Below, in pieces: positions 21,501-31,063 of a stretch of DNA of 64,000 bases. The position numbers were made by a program, and so were the translations under genes. The notes beneath the pieces are model-generated. The model was not told where the DNA came from and did not search any database. It saw nothing but the letters and a program-made list of their open reading frames with translations. The stretch is taken from positions 833 to 64,832 of the forward strand of contig PWYR01000083.1 in the NCBI GenBank assembly GCA_003567775.1, in the 5' to 3' direction. Within the stretch, counting starts at the first letter, position 1, and each line of letters opens with the position of its first letter. This DNA comes from Ignavibacteriales bacterium. Lineage in GTDB: Bacteria; Bacteroidota; Ignavibacteria; T3Sed10-11.

Positions 21501-22797
21501 ATACGGGATACCCATCTATGATATTTTCAAGAATATCCCAGACCTCGGGCCCCTTTTTCATTACAACTTTCTTCGCGCTCTTCACGGTTTTTACAATACC
21601 GCGTTCGATGAGCTTGCGAATAATAAACGGCTGGAACAGCTCCACCGCCATATCTTTGGGAATACCGCACTCGTGCAGTTTTAACTCCGGACCGACAACA
21701 ATTACAGAACGTCCCGAGTAGTCAACGCGTTTACCGAGCAAATTCTGCCGGAATCGTCCCTGCTTACCTTTCAGCATATCCGAAAGCGATTTCAACGCCC
21801 GGTTGTTATCGCTTAAAACGGCGTTTGCCCGGCGCGAGTTATCGAACAACGAATCGACCGCTTCCTGCAACATCCTTTTCTCGTTGCGAAGAATCACTTC
21901 GGGAGCTTTAATGTCAATTAAACGTTTGAGACGATTGTTTCGTATAATAACACGTCGATATAAATCGTTAAGATCGCTTGTTGCGAATCGTCCACCTTCG
22001 AGCGGAACGAGAGGCCGGAGTTCCGGCGGAATAACTGGAATCACATCCATTACCATCCACTCGGGTTTATTCGGTGGAGAATCTTCGCGCTCGCGGAACG
22101 CTTCTACGACACGAAGTCGTTTCAACAATTCCAATTTCTTCTGGGGTGAGGTCTCCTCTTTTGCACGTGCACGTAGCTCGGCGCTCAGTTCTTCGATACT
22201 GACGTCACGCAACAACAATTTGATCGCATCGCCGCCTATGCGAGCGACAAACTTCCGCTTATCCGAATCGTCAAGCTCTTGATTCCCTTCGGGCAGCGAT
22301 GAAAGGATCTCGAAATATTGCTCTTCCGTCAAAAGATCCTTCGGTTGTAAACCGGTCGTTCCCGGATTAATAACAACATAGGATTCATAGTAGATTATCT
22401 TCTCAAGATCTTTTGTCGTAACACCGAGAAGATAACTAATCTTTGACGGCTGCGATTTAAAATACCAAATGTGCACGATGGGAGCGGCAAGCGCGATATG
22501 TCCCATCCGTTCGCGCCGAACGCTCTTCTGAGTCACCTCTACACCGCAGCGATCGCAAATGATCCCTTTATAGCGGATTCGCTTATATTTCCCACAATGA
22601 CATTCCCAATCGCGAACGGGACCGAAAATCTTTTCACAGAACAATCCGTCTTTTTCCGGACGGAATGAGCGATAGTTAATGGTTTCCGGTTTCGTCACCT
22701 CGCCGTTGGATCGATTCAATATCATATCCGGCGAAGCAAGTGCAATGGAAATTTGTTTTATGTTTCTCTTAATAACTTCTCGTGTTGTAAAAGGCAT
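18538..22797 (-). CDS. rpoC: DNA-directed RNA polymerase subunit beta'
   Basis: 1419 aa. Zn-binding CxCGKY...CxxC, the catalytic NADFDGD, and full-length beta' features. Confidence 0.98.
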   Translation of the reverse strand: MPFTTREVIKRNIKQISIALASPDMILNRSNGEVTKPETINYRSFRPEKDGLFCEKIFGPVRDWECHCGKYKRIRYKGIICDRCGVEVTQKSVRRERMGHIALAAPIVHIWYFKSQPSKISYLLGVTTKDLEKIIYYESYVVINPGTTGLQPKDLLTEEQYFEILSSLPEGNQELDDSDKRKFVARIGGDAIKLLLRDVSIEELSAELRARAKEETSPQKKLELLKRLRVVEAFREREDSPPNKPEWMVMDVIPVIPPELRPLVPLEGGRFATSDLNDLYRRVIIRNNRLKRLIDIKAPEVILRNEKRMLQEAVDSLFDNSRRANAVLSDNNRALKSLSDMLKGKQGRFRQNLLGKRVDYSGRSVIVVGPELKLHECGIPKDMAVELFQPFIIRKLIERGIVKTVKSAKKVVMKKGPEVWDILENIIDGYPVLLNRAPTLHRLGIQAFQPVLVEGKAIRIHPLVCAAFNADFDGDQMAVHVPLSYEAQLEARILMLSSHNILSPANGNPIVVPSQDIVLGCYYLTKSKDGDTGEGKVFSSPAEVLISHNNFRLGLHAKIKVRINGEMIETTTGRVVFNTIVPEGVGFINELLNKKRLVTLILSTFRKVGNLKSAIFLDNLKDLGFSYAMKGGLSVNIADAIVPDEKEQIIDKAQSDVDKIEKQYRRGFITSGERYNKVIDIWTRATNRVAERLFNALQNNREGFNSLYMMIDSGARGSKEQVRQLAGMRGLMAKPQKSLTGQTGELIENPIISNFREGLSVLEYFISTHGARKGLADTALKTADAGYLTRRLVDVAQDAIITEQDCGTIRGVITSALKEGEDIKEPLAERILGRVATNDIVDPLTREVIVKAGEEIDEELAQQVTETSIEEVEIRSVITCESKRGVCAKCYGRNLTTSELVQVGEAVGVIAAQSIGEPGTQLTLRTFHTGGTASLITAQSQVATRFDGKIKLEAVRSIEQHADDISRKIVVGRNGVVKIIDQDNRELTKYSVPYGAVLHVDDGEDVKRGQMVYEWDPYNAVIVAEYGGTVKYADLKDNITYREEPDEQTGYIQKVVIESRDRSLSPSLKIVDKNGKALAIHILPTRSHISVEDDESIKPGQTLVKIPRESGKTRDITGGLPRVTELFEARRPFDPSILSEIDGAISFGEQKRGSREVIVASHDGKDERKYNVPFGKHLTVQPGDHMLAGEPLTDGAIDPHDILRISGVGSLQKYLLNEILEVYRMQGVKINDKHIEVIVRQMMQKVKIVDTGDTRFLEGDHVDRILLNEENENLANLVVVTSKGDSKFKNGQLVEKKTVREKNGDLRKKSKKVAEYRDAEPATSEPVLLGITQASLSTDSFISAASFQETTKVLTEASIESKIDHLHGLKENVIIGKLVPAGTGLRRYRKILVTPTEKPEELKEVAVEAEEPEEEKVIS

Positions 22798-22858
22798 TGA
22801 TACCCTCCGATAAAAACTATGTGATTAACCGTTGCTCAGTGTTTTTGGGCATCGCAAC

Positions 22859-25800
22859 TTACTCAATGCGTACATCAAGTCCTAAGCCCTGCAGCTCCCG
22901 AATCAACACATTGAACGATTCGGGTACATTCGGTTCGGGCAAATTCTCACCCTTAACAATGGCTTCATAAACTTTAGCCCTGCCCTGTACATCGTCACTC
23001 TTGACGGTAAGGATTTCCTGTAATGTGTATGCGGCGCCGTATCCTTCAAGCGCCCATACTTCCATTTCTCCGAAACGCTGCCCGCCAAATTGCGCCTTAC
23101 CACCAAGCGGTTGCTGGGTAATAAGCGAATACGGTCCGATAGAACGAGCGTGGATCTTATCGTCAACAAGGTGAGATAGTTTCATCATATAGATATAACC
23201 TACCGTCACCGACTGATCGAATAACTCACCGGTTCGTCCATCGCAGAGCTTTGTTCGACCCTCTTCGGGCAATCCGGCTTTTTTCAATTCCTCCTGAACA
23301 AGTTCCCAGTTGGCGCCGTCAAAGATAGGTGAGGCGTATTTATCACCCGTTTTCTTGCCTGCCCATCCGAGTGCAGTTTCAAGCAACTGCCCGAGATTCA
23401 TACGCGACGGCACACCAAGCGGGTTTAATACGATATCCACCGGAGTACCATCGGGTAAGAACGGCATATCTTCAACGGGTACAACATTAGCAATAACACC
23501 TTTGTTGCCATGCCGCCCAGCCATCTTATCGCCGACAGAAAGTTTGCGTTTCTTTGCAACATATACTTTCGCAAGCTGAACTATTCCGGGCGGGAGCTCA
23601 TCGCCAAGCTGAACTTTTTGTTTCTCCCGACGATGTATGTCTTCTATCTCATCGACCTTAAACAAATAACTATCGTATATGCGTTTGATAATCTTGTTTT
23701 TCCGTGTATCATCGATCCATTCGGAGTCAAAATCAAGATTGGTCAGCTTATCAAGCGTCTGGAATGTATCTTCCTTCAACTGGGTATTTGTACGAATAAC
23801 TACCTGGCCATCTTTGTCACGGATTCCCGCAGACTTTTCGCCATCCAACAGAAGGTCAAGTTTTTGTCCGAGCTTATGTTCGACCTCTTTTAATTCCTTT
23901 CGACGTTGTCTATCCAACGCGTCAACTTTCCGCTTATCTTCTTTTTTAGACTCGGTGTCTTTCTTTTTCCTGCTGAAGAGTTTCGTACCGATCACAACTC
24001 CCTTCAGTCCCGGAGGCGCTTTTAGCGACGCATCTTTAACATCGCCCGCTTTGTCGCCGAAGATAGCTTTCAGCAGCTTCTCTTCCGGTGTGGGATCGGT
24101 TTCGCCTTTCGGTGTAATCTTACCGATAAGAATATCACCCTCACGAACTTCGGACCCCACTCGGATTATACCGTTTTCATCAAGATTTTGTGTTGCTTCT
24201 TCACTGACATTCGGTATCTCTCGTGTTAACTCTTCTTCCCCTCGCTTGGTGTCGCGCACCTGAAGTTCGAATTCTTCGATATGCACCGACGTGTAAACAT
24301 CCTGAGTAACAACGCGTTCGCTGATTACTATCGCATCCTCAAAATTGTAACCCCGCCAGGGCATAAATGCAACCAGAATATTTCGACCGAGTGCGAGCTC
24401 GCCGTTATCTGTCGAGCTGCCGTCACATAAAACATCGCCGCGCTTCACCTTTTGTCCAACCCTGACAATCGGCCGTTGATTTATGGCAGTATCTTGATTC
24501 GTACGGAAGAATTTTTTCAGCTTGTATTCAACTCGCTTTTTATCATCGAAACTGACAAGCGCTTCCTGTGAATTTTCGTTTACATCGTAATTTACAATAA
24601 TCGTATCGGCGCTGACGTGCTCAACTGTTCCGTTAGCTTCTGCAAGCAGCATCGTTCGGGAATCTCTCGCCACTTTCGATTCAAATCCCGTACCGACAAT
24701 AGGCGATCTCGGACGAAGCAATGGCACTGCCTGACGCTGCATGTTCGATCCCATCAACGCGCGGTTCGCGTCATCGTGTTCTAAAAACGGAATTAACGCC
24801 GCCGCCGCACTCATAAGCTGCTCCGGCGCTACGTCCATATATTCCGCTTCTTCCGGACTGATAATCGGATAATCGTCCATATACCGTGCATTCAGACGAT
24901 CACTCGTAAACTTACCGTTATTATCCAGCGGCGAGTTTGCCTGAGCAATCTTAAATACGTCTTCACGATCGGCGGTCAAATATTCGATCTCGGTAGTCGC
25001 CTTACCATTCTTCACCTGTCTATACGGTGTTTCGATAAATCCGAAATTGTTGATTCTTGAATACACCGATAAAGACGAAATTAATCCGATGTTCGGACCT
25101 TCCGGCGTCTCAATCGGGCAGAGGCGGCCGTAGTGAGTGTAATGAACGTCCCGAACTTCAAAGCCTGCTGTTTCACGAGTCAGACCGCCGGGTCCCAGCG
25201 CACTCACTCTCCGTTTGTGCGTTAACTCGGCAAGCGGATTCGTTTGATCCATAAACTGCGACAATTGGTTTGTTCCGAAAAACGCATTAACCACACTCGA
25301 GATGGTACGCGCGTTGACCAGATCCTGCGGTGTAATCGCCTCATTGCTGCGGAGATTCATTCGCTCCCGAATTGTACGCGCCATCCTTGAAAGACCGACA
25401 TTAAACTGCTGACCAAGTTGTTCGCCGACCGTACGAATACGACGGTTTCCGAGATGATCCATATCATCGACATCTTTCTTACCCTGTTGCAAATCGATAA
25501 GATATTTGATAATGAGAATAATATCGTCTTTCGTTAATGTTGTTGTTTCGAGCGATACATCAAGCCCGAGTTTTTGATTGAGCCGGTGACGGCCGACATC
25601 ACCGATATCATATCGTTTCGGATTAAAGAATAATCTATCGATAAGATTTTTCGCCGTGTCAAGATCGGGCGCTTCTCCGGAACGAAGTTGCCGGTAGATT
25701 GCTTCAAGCGCATCTTCCTCCGAGCGCGCGGAGTCGCGTTGAATCGTGTTTGCGATAACCGAACCTCCGGTTACACTGTCGATTTTCAATAGTTGAATCT

Positions 25801-26641
25801 TTTTGACATTCGACTTTTGAATTTGCTTGACACTATCTTCGGTAAGAACCGAATCTTTGCTTAAAAAGATCTCACCCGTTTTCGTGTCGACGACATCGCT
25901 ACAGATGACTCGATCTTCATACTCCGAAAGATCGACTTTTTTCACATCAACTTCTTCCACAAGATTAAACAGCTCGAGCAGTTCATCATCGGAAGAGTAA
26001 CCGAGTGCACGGAGTAATGTGGTGACCGGGAATTTCTTCTTCCGGTCGATGTAAGCATACATCACATTATTTATATCAGTCGCGAACTCAACCCACGAAC
26101 CACGCAATGGAATAATTCGCGCGGAATAAATGGGTGTCCCGTTCGGGTGTTTTGTCTGGCTGAAAAAGACACCCGGTGAACGGCGTAATTGGCTGACAAC
26201 AACCCGTTCGGCGCCGTTATAGATAAATGTGCCGCGGTCGGTCATCAACGGTAAATTACCGAGATATACTTCTTGTTCTATAGTGTCGCTGAATTCTTCA
26301 CCATTTTCTGCTTTTGTTGATAAACGCAATTTTGCTTTCAATGGCGCAGAGTATGTGAGTCCGCGTTCCTGGCACTCGGTAACCGAATATTTCGGTTGTT
26401 CAATATGATACTCTACGAATTCTAAAAGATAGTTCTCACGAGTGTCGGTAATGGGAAAATTCATCCCGAATACCGCCTGTAATCCTATCCTCTTCCTTTG
26501 CTTCGGTTGTACTTTCGATTGCAGAAACGATTCAAATGAATCAAGCTGAACCGAAAGCAAATCGGGGCTTTCGAGAATTTTAGGAATACGTGAGAAGGAT
26601 ATACGTCCGTTGGTCATAGCTTGGTTTTTCAAGAGCACCAC
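22859..26641 (-). CDS. rpoB: DNA-directed RNA polymerase subunit beta
   Basis: 1260 aa with typical beta motifs (e.g. GRHGNKGV). The start is uncertain. GTG 26641 overlaps the SD. TTG 26632 lies 8 nt after AAGGAG. ATG 26617 is also possible. Confidence 0.97.
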   Translation of the reverse strand: MVLLKNQAMTNGRISFSRIPKILESPDLLSVQLDSFESFLQSKVQPKQRKRIGLQAVFGMNFPITDTRENYLLEFVEYHIEQPKYSVTECQERGLTYSAPLKAKLRLSTKAENGEEFSDTIEQEVYLGNLPLMTDRGTFIYNGAERVVVSQLRRSPGVFFSQTKHPNGTPIYSARIIPLRGSWVEFATDINNVMYAYIDRKKKFPVTTLLRALGYSSDDELLELFNLVEEVDVKKVDLSEYEDRVICSDVVDTKTGEIFLSKDSVLTEDSVKQIQKSNVKKIQLLKIDSVTGGSVIANTIQRDSARSEEDALEAIYRQLRSGEAPDLDTAKNLIDRLFFNPKRYDIGDVGRHRLNQKLGLDVSLETTTLTKDDIILIIKYLIDLQQGKKDVDDMDHLGNRRIRTVGEQLGQQFNVGLSRMARTIRERMNLRSNEAITPQDLVNARTISSVVNAFFGTNQLSQFMDQTNPLAELTHKRRVSALGPGGLTRETAGFEVRDVHYTHYGRLCPIETPEGPNIGLISSLSVYSRINNFGFIETPYRQVKNGKATTEIEYLTADREDVFKIAQANSPLDNNGKFTSDRLNARYMDDYPIISPEEAEYMDVAPEQLMSAAAALIPFLEHDDANRALMGSNMQRQAVPLLRPRSPIVGTGFESKVARDSRTMLLAEANGTVEHVSADTIIVNYDVNENSQEALVSFDDKKRVEYKLKKFFRTNQDTAINQRPIVRVGQKVKRGDVLCDGSSTDNGELALGRNILVAFMPWRGYNFEDAIVISERVVTQDVYTSVHIEEFELQVRDTKRGEEELTREIPNVSEEATQNLDENGIIRVGSEVREGDILIGKITPKGETDPTPEEKLLKAIFGDKAGDVKDASLKAPPGLKGVVIGTKLFSRKKKDTESKKEDKRKVDALDRQRRKELKEVEHKLGQKLDLLLDGEKSAGIRDKDGQVVIRTNTQLKEDTFQTLDKLTNLDFDSEWIDDTRKNKIIKRIYDSYLFKVDEIEDIHRREKQKVQLGDELPPGIVQLAKVYVAKKRKLSVGDKMAGRHGNKGVIANVVPVEDMPFLPDGTPVDIVLNPLGVPSRMNLGQLLETALGWAGKKTGDKYASPIFDGANWELVQEELKKAGLPEEGRTKLCDGRTGELFDQSVTVGYIYMMKLSHLVDDKIHARSIGPYSLITQQPLGGKAQFGGQRFGEMEVWALEGYGAAYTLQEILTVKSDDVQGRAKVYEAIVKGENLPEPNVPESFNVLIRELQGLGLDVRIE

Positions 26642-26904
26642 TCCTTCTTTTTATCAATGAATAATGACAAACTAATTTGCATGTTATATACAACCTCTTT
26701 AAGGAATTCACGTACCGGTTGGTAATGGTTCATGGTAAATAATATATTATCGGATAAGGCATAGTAAGCCGCACCCGTTGAAGAAAAATTAAGATTGGAA
26801 GCGCGCTTAATTTGTTTATAAATTTTCTTTTCCACTCCCTACTGCTGCGTTGGCAATAAGTTTATTGTTTATTGTTACCAACAACTCTTCTCGTAAATAA
26901 TGCA

Positions 26905-26942
26905 AGTCGGAAGGCGTGCGGTGAATCCGCCGCCCACCGACT
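26905..26942 (-). terminator. putative attenuator/terminator hairpin in the rplL-rpoB spacer
   Basis: GC-rich hairpin AGTCGG...CCGACT (minus strand AGUCGGUGGGCGGCGGAUUCACCGCACGCCUUCCGACU) followed by UGCAUUAUUU. This is analogous to the known E. coli rplL-rpoB attenuator position. Confidence 0.4.
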
Positions 26943-26965
26943 CACTAAGGTTAACAACATTTATG

Positions 26966-27337
26966 TTATTTCAGTTCTACGGTTGCACCTGCTTCATCAA
27001 GCTCTTTTTTGAGCTTTTCGGCATCCTCTTTCGGAATCTGCTCTTTCACCGCTTTCGGTGCAGCGTCGACAAGGTCCTTAGCTTCTTTCAGCCCAAGCCC
27101 GGTTGCCGCACGAACAACCTTGATGACATTGATTTTTTGCGAACCTGCAGCTTGCAGAACAACATCGAATTCTGTCTGCTCTTCTGCGGCAGGATCTGCT
27201 GCGCCCGGCGCTGCTGCGGCTGCAGCCGGCGCCGCCGCGGTAACACCGAATTTGTCTTCAAGCGCTTTCTTTAATTCTGCCGCTTCAAGCAAAGTAAGCT
27301 TTTCAATTTTTTCAACAATTTCCTGAACTGCTGACAT
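26966..27337 (-). CDS. rplL: 50S ribosomal protein L7/L12
   Basis: 123 aa with an Ala/Pro hinge ([14 protein letters not shown]) and a C-terminal [19 protein letters not shown] segment. Confidence 0.97.
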   Translation of the reverse strand: MSAVQEIVEKIEKLTLLEAAELKKALEDKFGVTAAAPAAAAAAPGAADPAAEEQTEFDVVLQAAGSQKINVIKVVRAATGLGLKEAKDLVDAAPKAVKEQIPKEDAEKLKKELDEAGATVELK

Positions 27338-27379
27338 GGTAACTCTCCTTATTCATTTAAAAAAATTTTATTGCCTTTA

Positions 27380-27901
27380 TTAAGATTTTGTTCCTTCGAT
27401 TGCTTCGACAAGTCCAACTATTTGGCGCATTATCTCATTGAGAACACCGACGACACCGCTGACCGGTGCAGTCAAACTACCCATAATGCTCGCAATGGAT
27501 TCTTCGCGTGTTGGAAGTGCTGCCAGTTCGTCAAATTTCGATGAATCAAATACATCTTTTCCAATCACGCATGCTTTCACATCAAGCTTGGACACCTTCT
27601 CGCGGAATTTCTTAATGACCTTCGCCGGCGAGACCGGGTCGTTATATCCGAAAGCAATTGCTGTTGGACCGTTTAATTTTTCATCGAGGAATGTGTCATA
27701 ATCGGCCACCTGTTTTAAAGCGCGTTTGATGAGGGTATTTTTAATCACCCTGTATTCAACTCCCGCCTTTCGAAATTCTGCTCTCAGTTCAGTAGCTTCG
27801 GCAACGGTGATACCGCTGAATTGGGTGAAATACATTCCCTGCGCGCGAGATATCTTGTCGACAACCTCGGCAACGACTTTTTCTTTTTCCGATCGTTTCA
27901 T
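27380..27901 (-). CDS. rplJ: 50S ribosomal protein L10
   Basis: 173 aa. L10 pattern, positioned before rplL. Confidence 0.95.
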   Translation of the reverse strand: MKRSEKEKVVAEVVDKISRAQGMYFTQFSGITVAEATELRAEFRKAGVEYRVIKNTLIKRALKQVADYDTFLDEKLNGPTAIAFGYNDPVSPAKVIKKFREKVSKLDVKACVIGKDVFDSSKFDELAALPTREESIASIMGSLTAPVSGVVGVLNEIMRQIVGLVEAIEGTKS

Positions 27902-28050
27902 CGATCACCTTTTTCTTTTCACCAACATATAGGCTGCTTTGAGGAGAAGCCACTTTCTCTCCCGATAATACCGGGATGAAAGGCAACAAAGCAATGATTT
28001 ATTATTCGATTGGTGAGTGCGTAATAGACTTTTATAAACTTATTAATTAT
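27902..28050 (-). promoter_or_regulatory. possible L10 (rplJ) leader autoregulatory region
   Basis: 149-nt untranslated spacer upstream of rplJ containing small hairpins (CCCGGTATTATCGGG, GGAGAGAAAGTGGCTTCTCC). The assignment is by position only and no covariance model was run. Confidence 0.3.
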
Positions 28051-28749
28051 TTATGCTGCAGCGCTCACAGTTGTTCTATCAATCGAGACACCCGGACCCA
28101 TCGTAGACGACAGATGAACACTCTTAATGTATTGTCCTTTTGCAGATGGTGGTTTCAGGCGCTGAATTGTAGATAAAAAAGCTTTGATATTTTCAACGAG
28201 CTGCTGATTTTCAAAATTTGATTTTCCGACTGTTGCGTGAACTACACCCGCTTTATCTACACGAAATTCAATTTTACCCGCTTTAACTTCCTTAACAGCC
28301 GCACCGATATCATTCGTTACGGTGCCACTTTTCGGGTTCGGCATTAGTCCGCGGGGACCGAGAATTTTTCCAAGTTTCCCGACTTCACTCATCAGGTCGG
28401 GTGTAGCGATAACGACATCGACATCGGTCCATCCACCTTTGATTTTCTCGATGTACTCCTCAAGTCCGACGTGATCCGCCCCGGCGGCTTTTGCCTCTTC
28501 ATCTTTCGGTGGCTTTGCAAGCACAAGTACACGAACTTCCTTACCCGTCCCGTTCGGAAGCGAGACAGTACCCCGCACCATCTGGTCGGCTTTTCTCGGA
28601 TCGACACCGAGACGAACGGCAATGTCGACAGACTCAACGAATTTTACGCTTGCGGTTTTTTTCACCAGATCGACTGCTTCCTCGATAGCATATGCTTTTT
28701 GAGGTTCGATCTTTTTTACTACTTCTCTATAACGTTTTCCGTGTTTCAT
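28051..28749 (-). CDS. rplA: 50S ribosomal protein L1
   Basis: 232 aa with the L1 family pattern ([21 protein letters not shown]). Confidence 0.97.
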   Translation of the reverse strand: MKHGKRYREVVKKIEPQKAYAIEEAVDLVKKTASVKFVESVDIAVRLGVDPRKADQMVRGTVSLPNGTGKEVRVLVLAKPPKDEEAKAAGADHVGLEEYIEKIKGGWTDVDVVIATPDLMSEVGKLGKILGPRGLMPNPKSGTVTNDIGAAVKEVKAGKIEFRVDKAGVVHATVGKSNFENQQLVENIKAFLSTIQRLKPPSAKGQYIKSVHLSSTMGPGVSIDRTTVSAAA

Positions 28750-28787
28750 TTTATATAGCCAATTAATAATTATTCAGAACTACTGTT

Positions 28788-29213
28788 TTATCCCTCAACT
28801 GTAATACCCATACTACGTGCAGTACCGGCTACCATAGTCATTGCGGACTCTATATCGTTTGCGTTGAGATCGGGCATCTTCATCTCTGCTATCTCTTTAA
28901 CCTGAGATTGAGTTACCTTGCCAACTTTAGTCCGGTTGGATTCACCCGATCCTTTTTCAAGTTTTGACGCGCGCAGTAACAACGCAGAGGCGGGCGGTGT
29001 TTTTGTGATAAAAGTAAAGGACTTATCCTGAAATACGGTAATTACAACAGGGATAAGTAAACCACCTTTATCTTGTGTTCGTGCATTAAATGCTTTACAA
29101 AATTCCATGATATTTACACCCTTCTGTCCGAGGGCTGGACCGACGGGAGGCGCCGGGGTTGCCTGCCCGGCAGGAATCTGCAATTTAATTATTCCGGTAA
29201 CTTTTTTTGCCAT
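28788..29213 (-). CDS. rplK: 50S ribosomal protein L11
   Basis: 141 aa with [22 protein letters not shown]. Confidence 0.97.
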   Translation of the reverse strand: MAKKVTGIIKLQIPAGQATPAPPVGPALGQKGVNIMEFCKAFNARTQDKGGLLIPVVITVFQDKSFTFITKTPPASALLLRASKLEKGSGESNRTKVGKVTQSQVKEIAEMKMPDLNANDIESAMTMVAGTARSMGITVEG

Positions 29214-29245
29214 CGTTTATCCTATTGTTTCGATATAATACAATT

Positions 29246-29779
29246 TTATTTTTCTGCTTCGATTTGGTCAAAATCGAGTTCGACCGGTGTTTTTCGACCG
29301 AAGATACTCACCATTAGCTTTACTTTCATTTTCTCTTCGTTGACTTCTTGTACAAACCCGGTAAAGCTCGAAAATGGGCCATCAATCACTTTAACAGGTT
29401 CACCGACATGGAAAGGCGCCTGTATAAGTTCAGAATCTCGGCGATCTTCCATTCGCCCGATTAACCGGCGGATTTCATCAGGACGCAAAGGGACCGGTGT
29501 ATTCTTCGGTCCGACAAATCCCATCACTGACGGCGTCTCAAGTATAAAGTGTGTAGTCTCTTTATCAAGAGCTGCTTCGATGAGAATATATCCCGGGAAG
29601 TATGTCTTGGTTTTGCTTTTTTTCTTGCCGTCCTTTACCGTGAAGACCTTTTCCGAAGGAACAAGAATTTTTACGATTCTGTCCTCCAATCCGGCTTCTT
29701 TGACTTCCTTTTCAAGATACGCCTTCACTTTTTGTTCATGCCCCGAATATGTTCGAACGACATACCATTTTGTTTCCAA
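29246..29779 (-). CDS. nusG: transcription termination/antitermination factor NusG
   Basis: 177 aa with WYVVRTYSGHE and a C-terminal KOW (GEPVKVIDGPF). Confidence 0.95.
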   Translation of the reverse strand: METKWYVVRTYSGHEQKVKAYLEKEVKEAGLEDRIVKILVPSEKVFTVKDGKKKSKTKTYFPGYILIEAALDKETTHFILETPSVMGFVGPKNTPVPLRPDEIRRLIGRMEDRRDSELIQAPFHVGEPVKVIDGPFSSFTGFVQEVNEEKMKVKLMVSIFGRKTPVELDFDQIEAEK

Positions 29780-29815
29780 GACTACACAACCCCTTTATGA
29801 TAATTTTGGTGAATG

Positions 29816-29998
29816 TTAAAATATACCACTCACGACAGTGCTAATAATTCGATCAACCACATACACAAATGATGCAAGGATCAAACAAGCAATGATGACG
29901 ATTCCGGTCGATTCACGCAGCTCCTCTTTCTTCGGCCACGTTACCTTTTTCATTTCTTTTACAACATCATTTACGAAGTTAACAATTTTATTTTTCAT
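29816..29998 (-). CDS. secE: preprotein translocase subunit SecE
   Basis: 60 aa with EMKKVTWP and a single TM. It lies between tRNA-Trp and nusG. Confidence 0.9.
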   Translation of the reverse strand: MKNKIVNFVNDVVKEMKKVTWPKKEELRESTGIVIIACLILASFVYVVDRIISTVVSGIF

Positions 29999-30060
29999 AG
30001 TTCACTCTTGTATATACAAACCGTTCATCATCGGGTTTTTCCCGAACAATTTCAATCCAG

Positions 30061-30133
<73 letters not shown>

Positions 30134-30192
30134 AACTTAATCACCCGCATCTATGACGCTTTTCGTCGGGAAGCTACTCACCTAACCAAAGA

Positions 30193-30342
30193 TCAACGGG
30201 TTTCTTTGTGAGGAGTATGCTTTGCGCAGAAACGGCAATATTTCTTATACTCAACTCGTCCCTGTTGATTACGTTTATTTTTTGTAGTTGTATAATTACG
30301 ACGCTTGCACTCGGTACATTCCAATGTTATGTTATCTCTCAC
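30193..30342 (-). CDS. rpmG: 50S ribosomal protein L33 (zinc-ribbon C4 form)
   Basis: 49-aa ORF below the ORF-track size cutoff: (GTG)[48 protein letters not shown]. There is a GGAG SD upstream. Confidence 0.9.
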   Translation of the reverse strand: MRDNITLECTECKRRNYTTTKNKRNQQGRVEYKKYCRFCAKHTPHKETR

Positions 30343-30395
30343 TATTTTCTCCGCAGCTTAAGAGCGTTTACAATTGCAATTAGTCAAACAGTACG

Positions 30396-30468
<73 letters not shown>

Positions 30469-30508
30469 GAGCTACCCATTTCAAGGTATACAACCCGTTC
30501 ATTACCCG

Positions 30509-30581
30509 AGCGGGAGACGGGATTCGAACCCGCGGCCCACAGCTTGGAAGGCTGTTACTCTACCATCTGAGTTACTCCCGC
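30509..30581 (-). tRNA. tRNA-Gly: tRNA-Gly (anticodon TCC)
   Basis: Acceptor GCGGGAG/CTCCCGC, anticodon arm ACAGC-CTTCCAA-GCTGT, T-loop TTCGAAT. Confidence 0.9.
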
Positions 30582-30609
30582 TTCTTGAATTACACAACTT
30601 CATCTCCAG

Positions 30610-30693
30610 TGGGCAGGGAAGGATTCGAACCTCCGAAGGCCGTAGACCGACAGATTTACAGTCTGTTGCGTTTGACCGCTTCGCTACCTGCCC
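30610..30693 (-). tRNA. tRNA-Tyr: tRNA-Tyr (anticodon GTA), long variable arm
   Basis: Acceptor GGGCAGG/CCTGCCC, anticodon arm ACAGA-CTGTAAA-TCTGT, long variable arm, T-loop TTCGAAT. Confidence 0.9.
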
Positions 30694-30713
30694 AACCATT
30701 CAGTAATGAGATG

Positions 30714-30785
30714 AGCTGGCGAAGGGAATTGAACCCCCAACCTGCTGATTACAAATCAGCTGCTCTACCATTGAGCTACGCCAGC
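30714..30785 (-). tRNA. tRNA-Thr: tRNA-Thr (anticodon TGT)
   Basis: Acceptor GCTGGCG/CGCCAGC, anticodon arm GCTGA-TTTGTAA-TCAGC, T-loop TTCAATT. Confidence 0.9.
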
Positions 30786-30946
30786 AATTCTATATGATAA
30801 AACTCCCACACCCGTTAGACAGGCACGCCTATTGTACGCAATTATGATTATGATAATTCCGCACACCACAGTATGTATATGGGATAAACGTTATAGCGAT
30901 ATGGGTGTCAGGGCGTCCTTTTATTCACTTTAAAGTCAAACTATGT

Positions 30947-30974
30947 AATATAGCAATTTTTATGAAAAAGTCAA
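30947..30974 (-). promoter_or_regulatory. candidate sigma-70-type promoter for the tRNA/rpmG/secE operon
   Basis: Minus strand TTGACT-N16-TATATT, about 160 nt upstream of the first tRNA. Confidence 0.3.
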
Positions 30975-31063
30975 CAGCATAACTGCGAAATTGGCAGAAA
31001 TTGTATAGCCACAAATAGTGAACTATCGAATTTATAAGATACATAAAAATTGCCTAAAAAACA

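Noticed and set aside
18799-22668. Multiple plus-strand ORFs of 65-159 aa inside rpoC
   Set aside because: They lie entirely antisense to a full-length, highly conserved beta' gene. Their low-complexity Ser/Arg-rich translations are typical of shadow ORFs.
23310-25254. Plus-strand ORFs of 65-194 aa inside rpoB
   Set aside because: They are antisense shadow ORFs within rpoB with no motifs or SD sites.
26629-26835. 68-aa minus-strand ORF spanning the rplL-rpoB spacer and overlapping the rpoB start
   Set aside because: It has no SD, overlaps the rpoB initiation region, and has no recognisable family. The spacer is better explained as leader/attenuator RNA.
29073-29819. 248-aa plus-strand ORF
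   Set aside because: It is antisense to rplK and nusG, both unambiguous genes.
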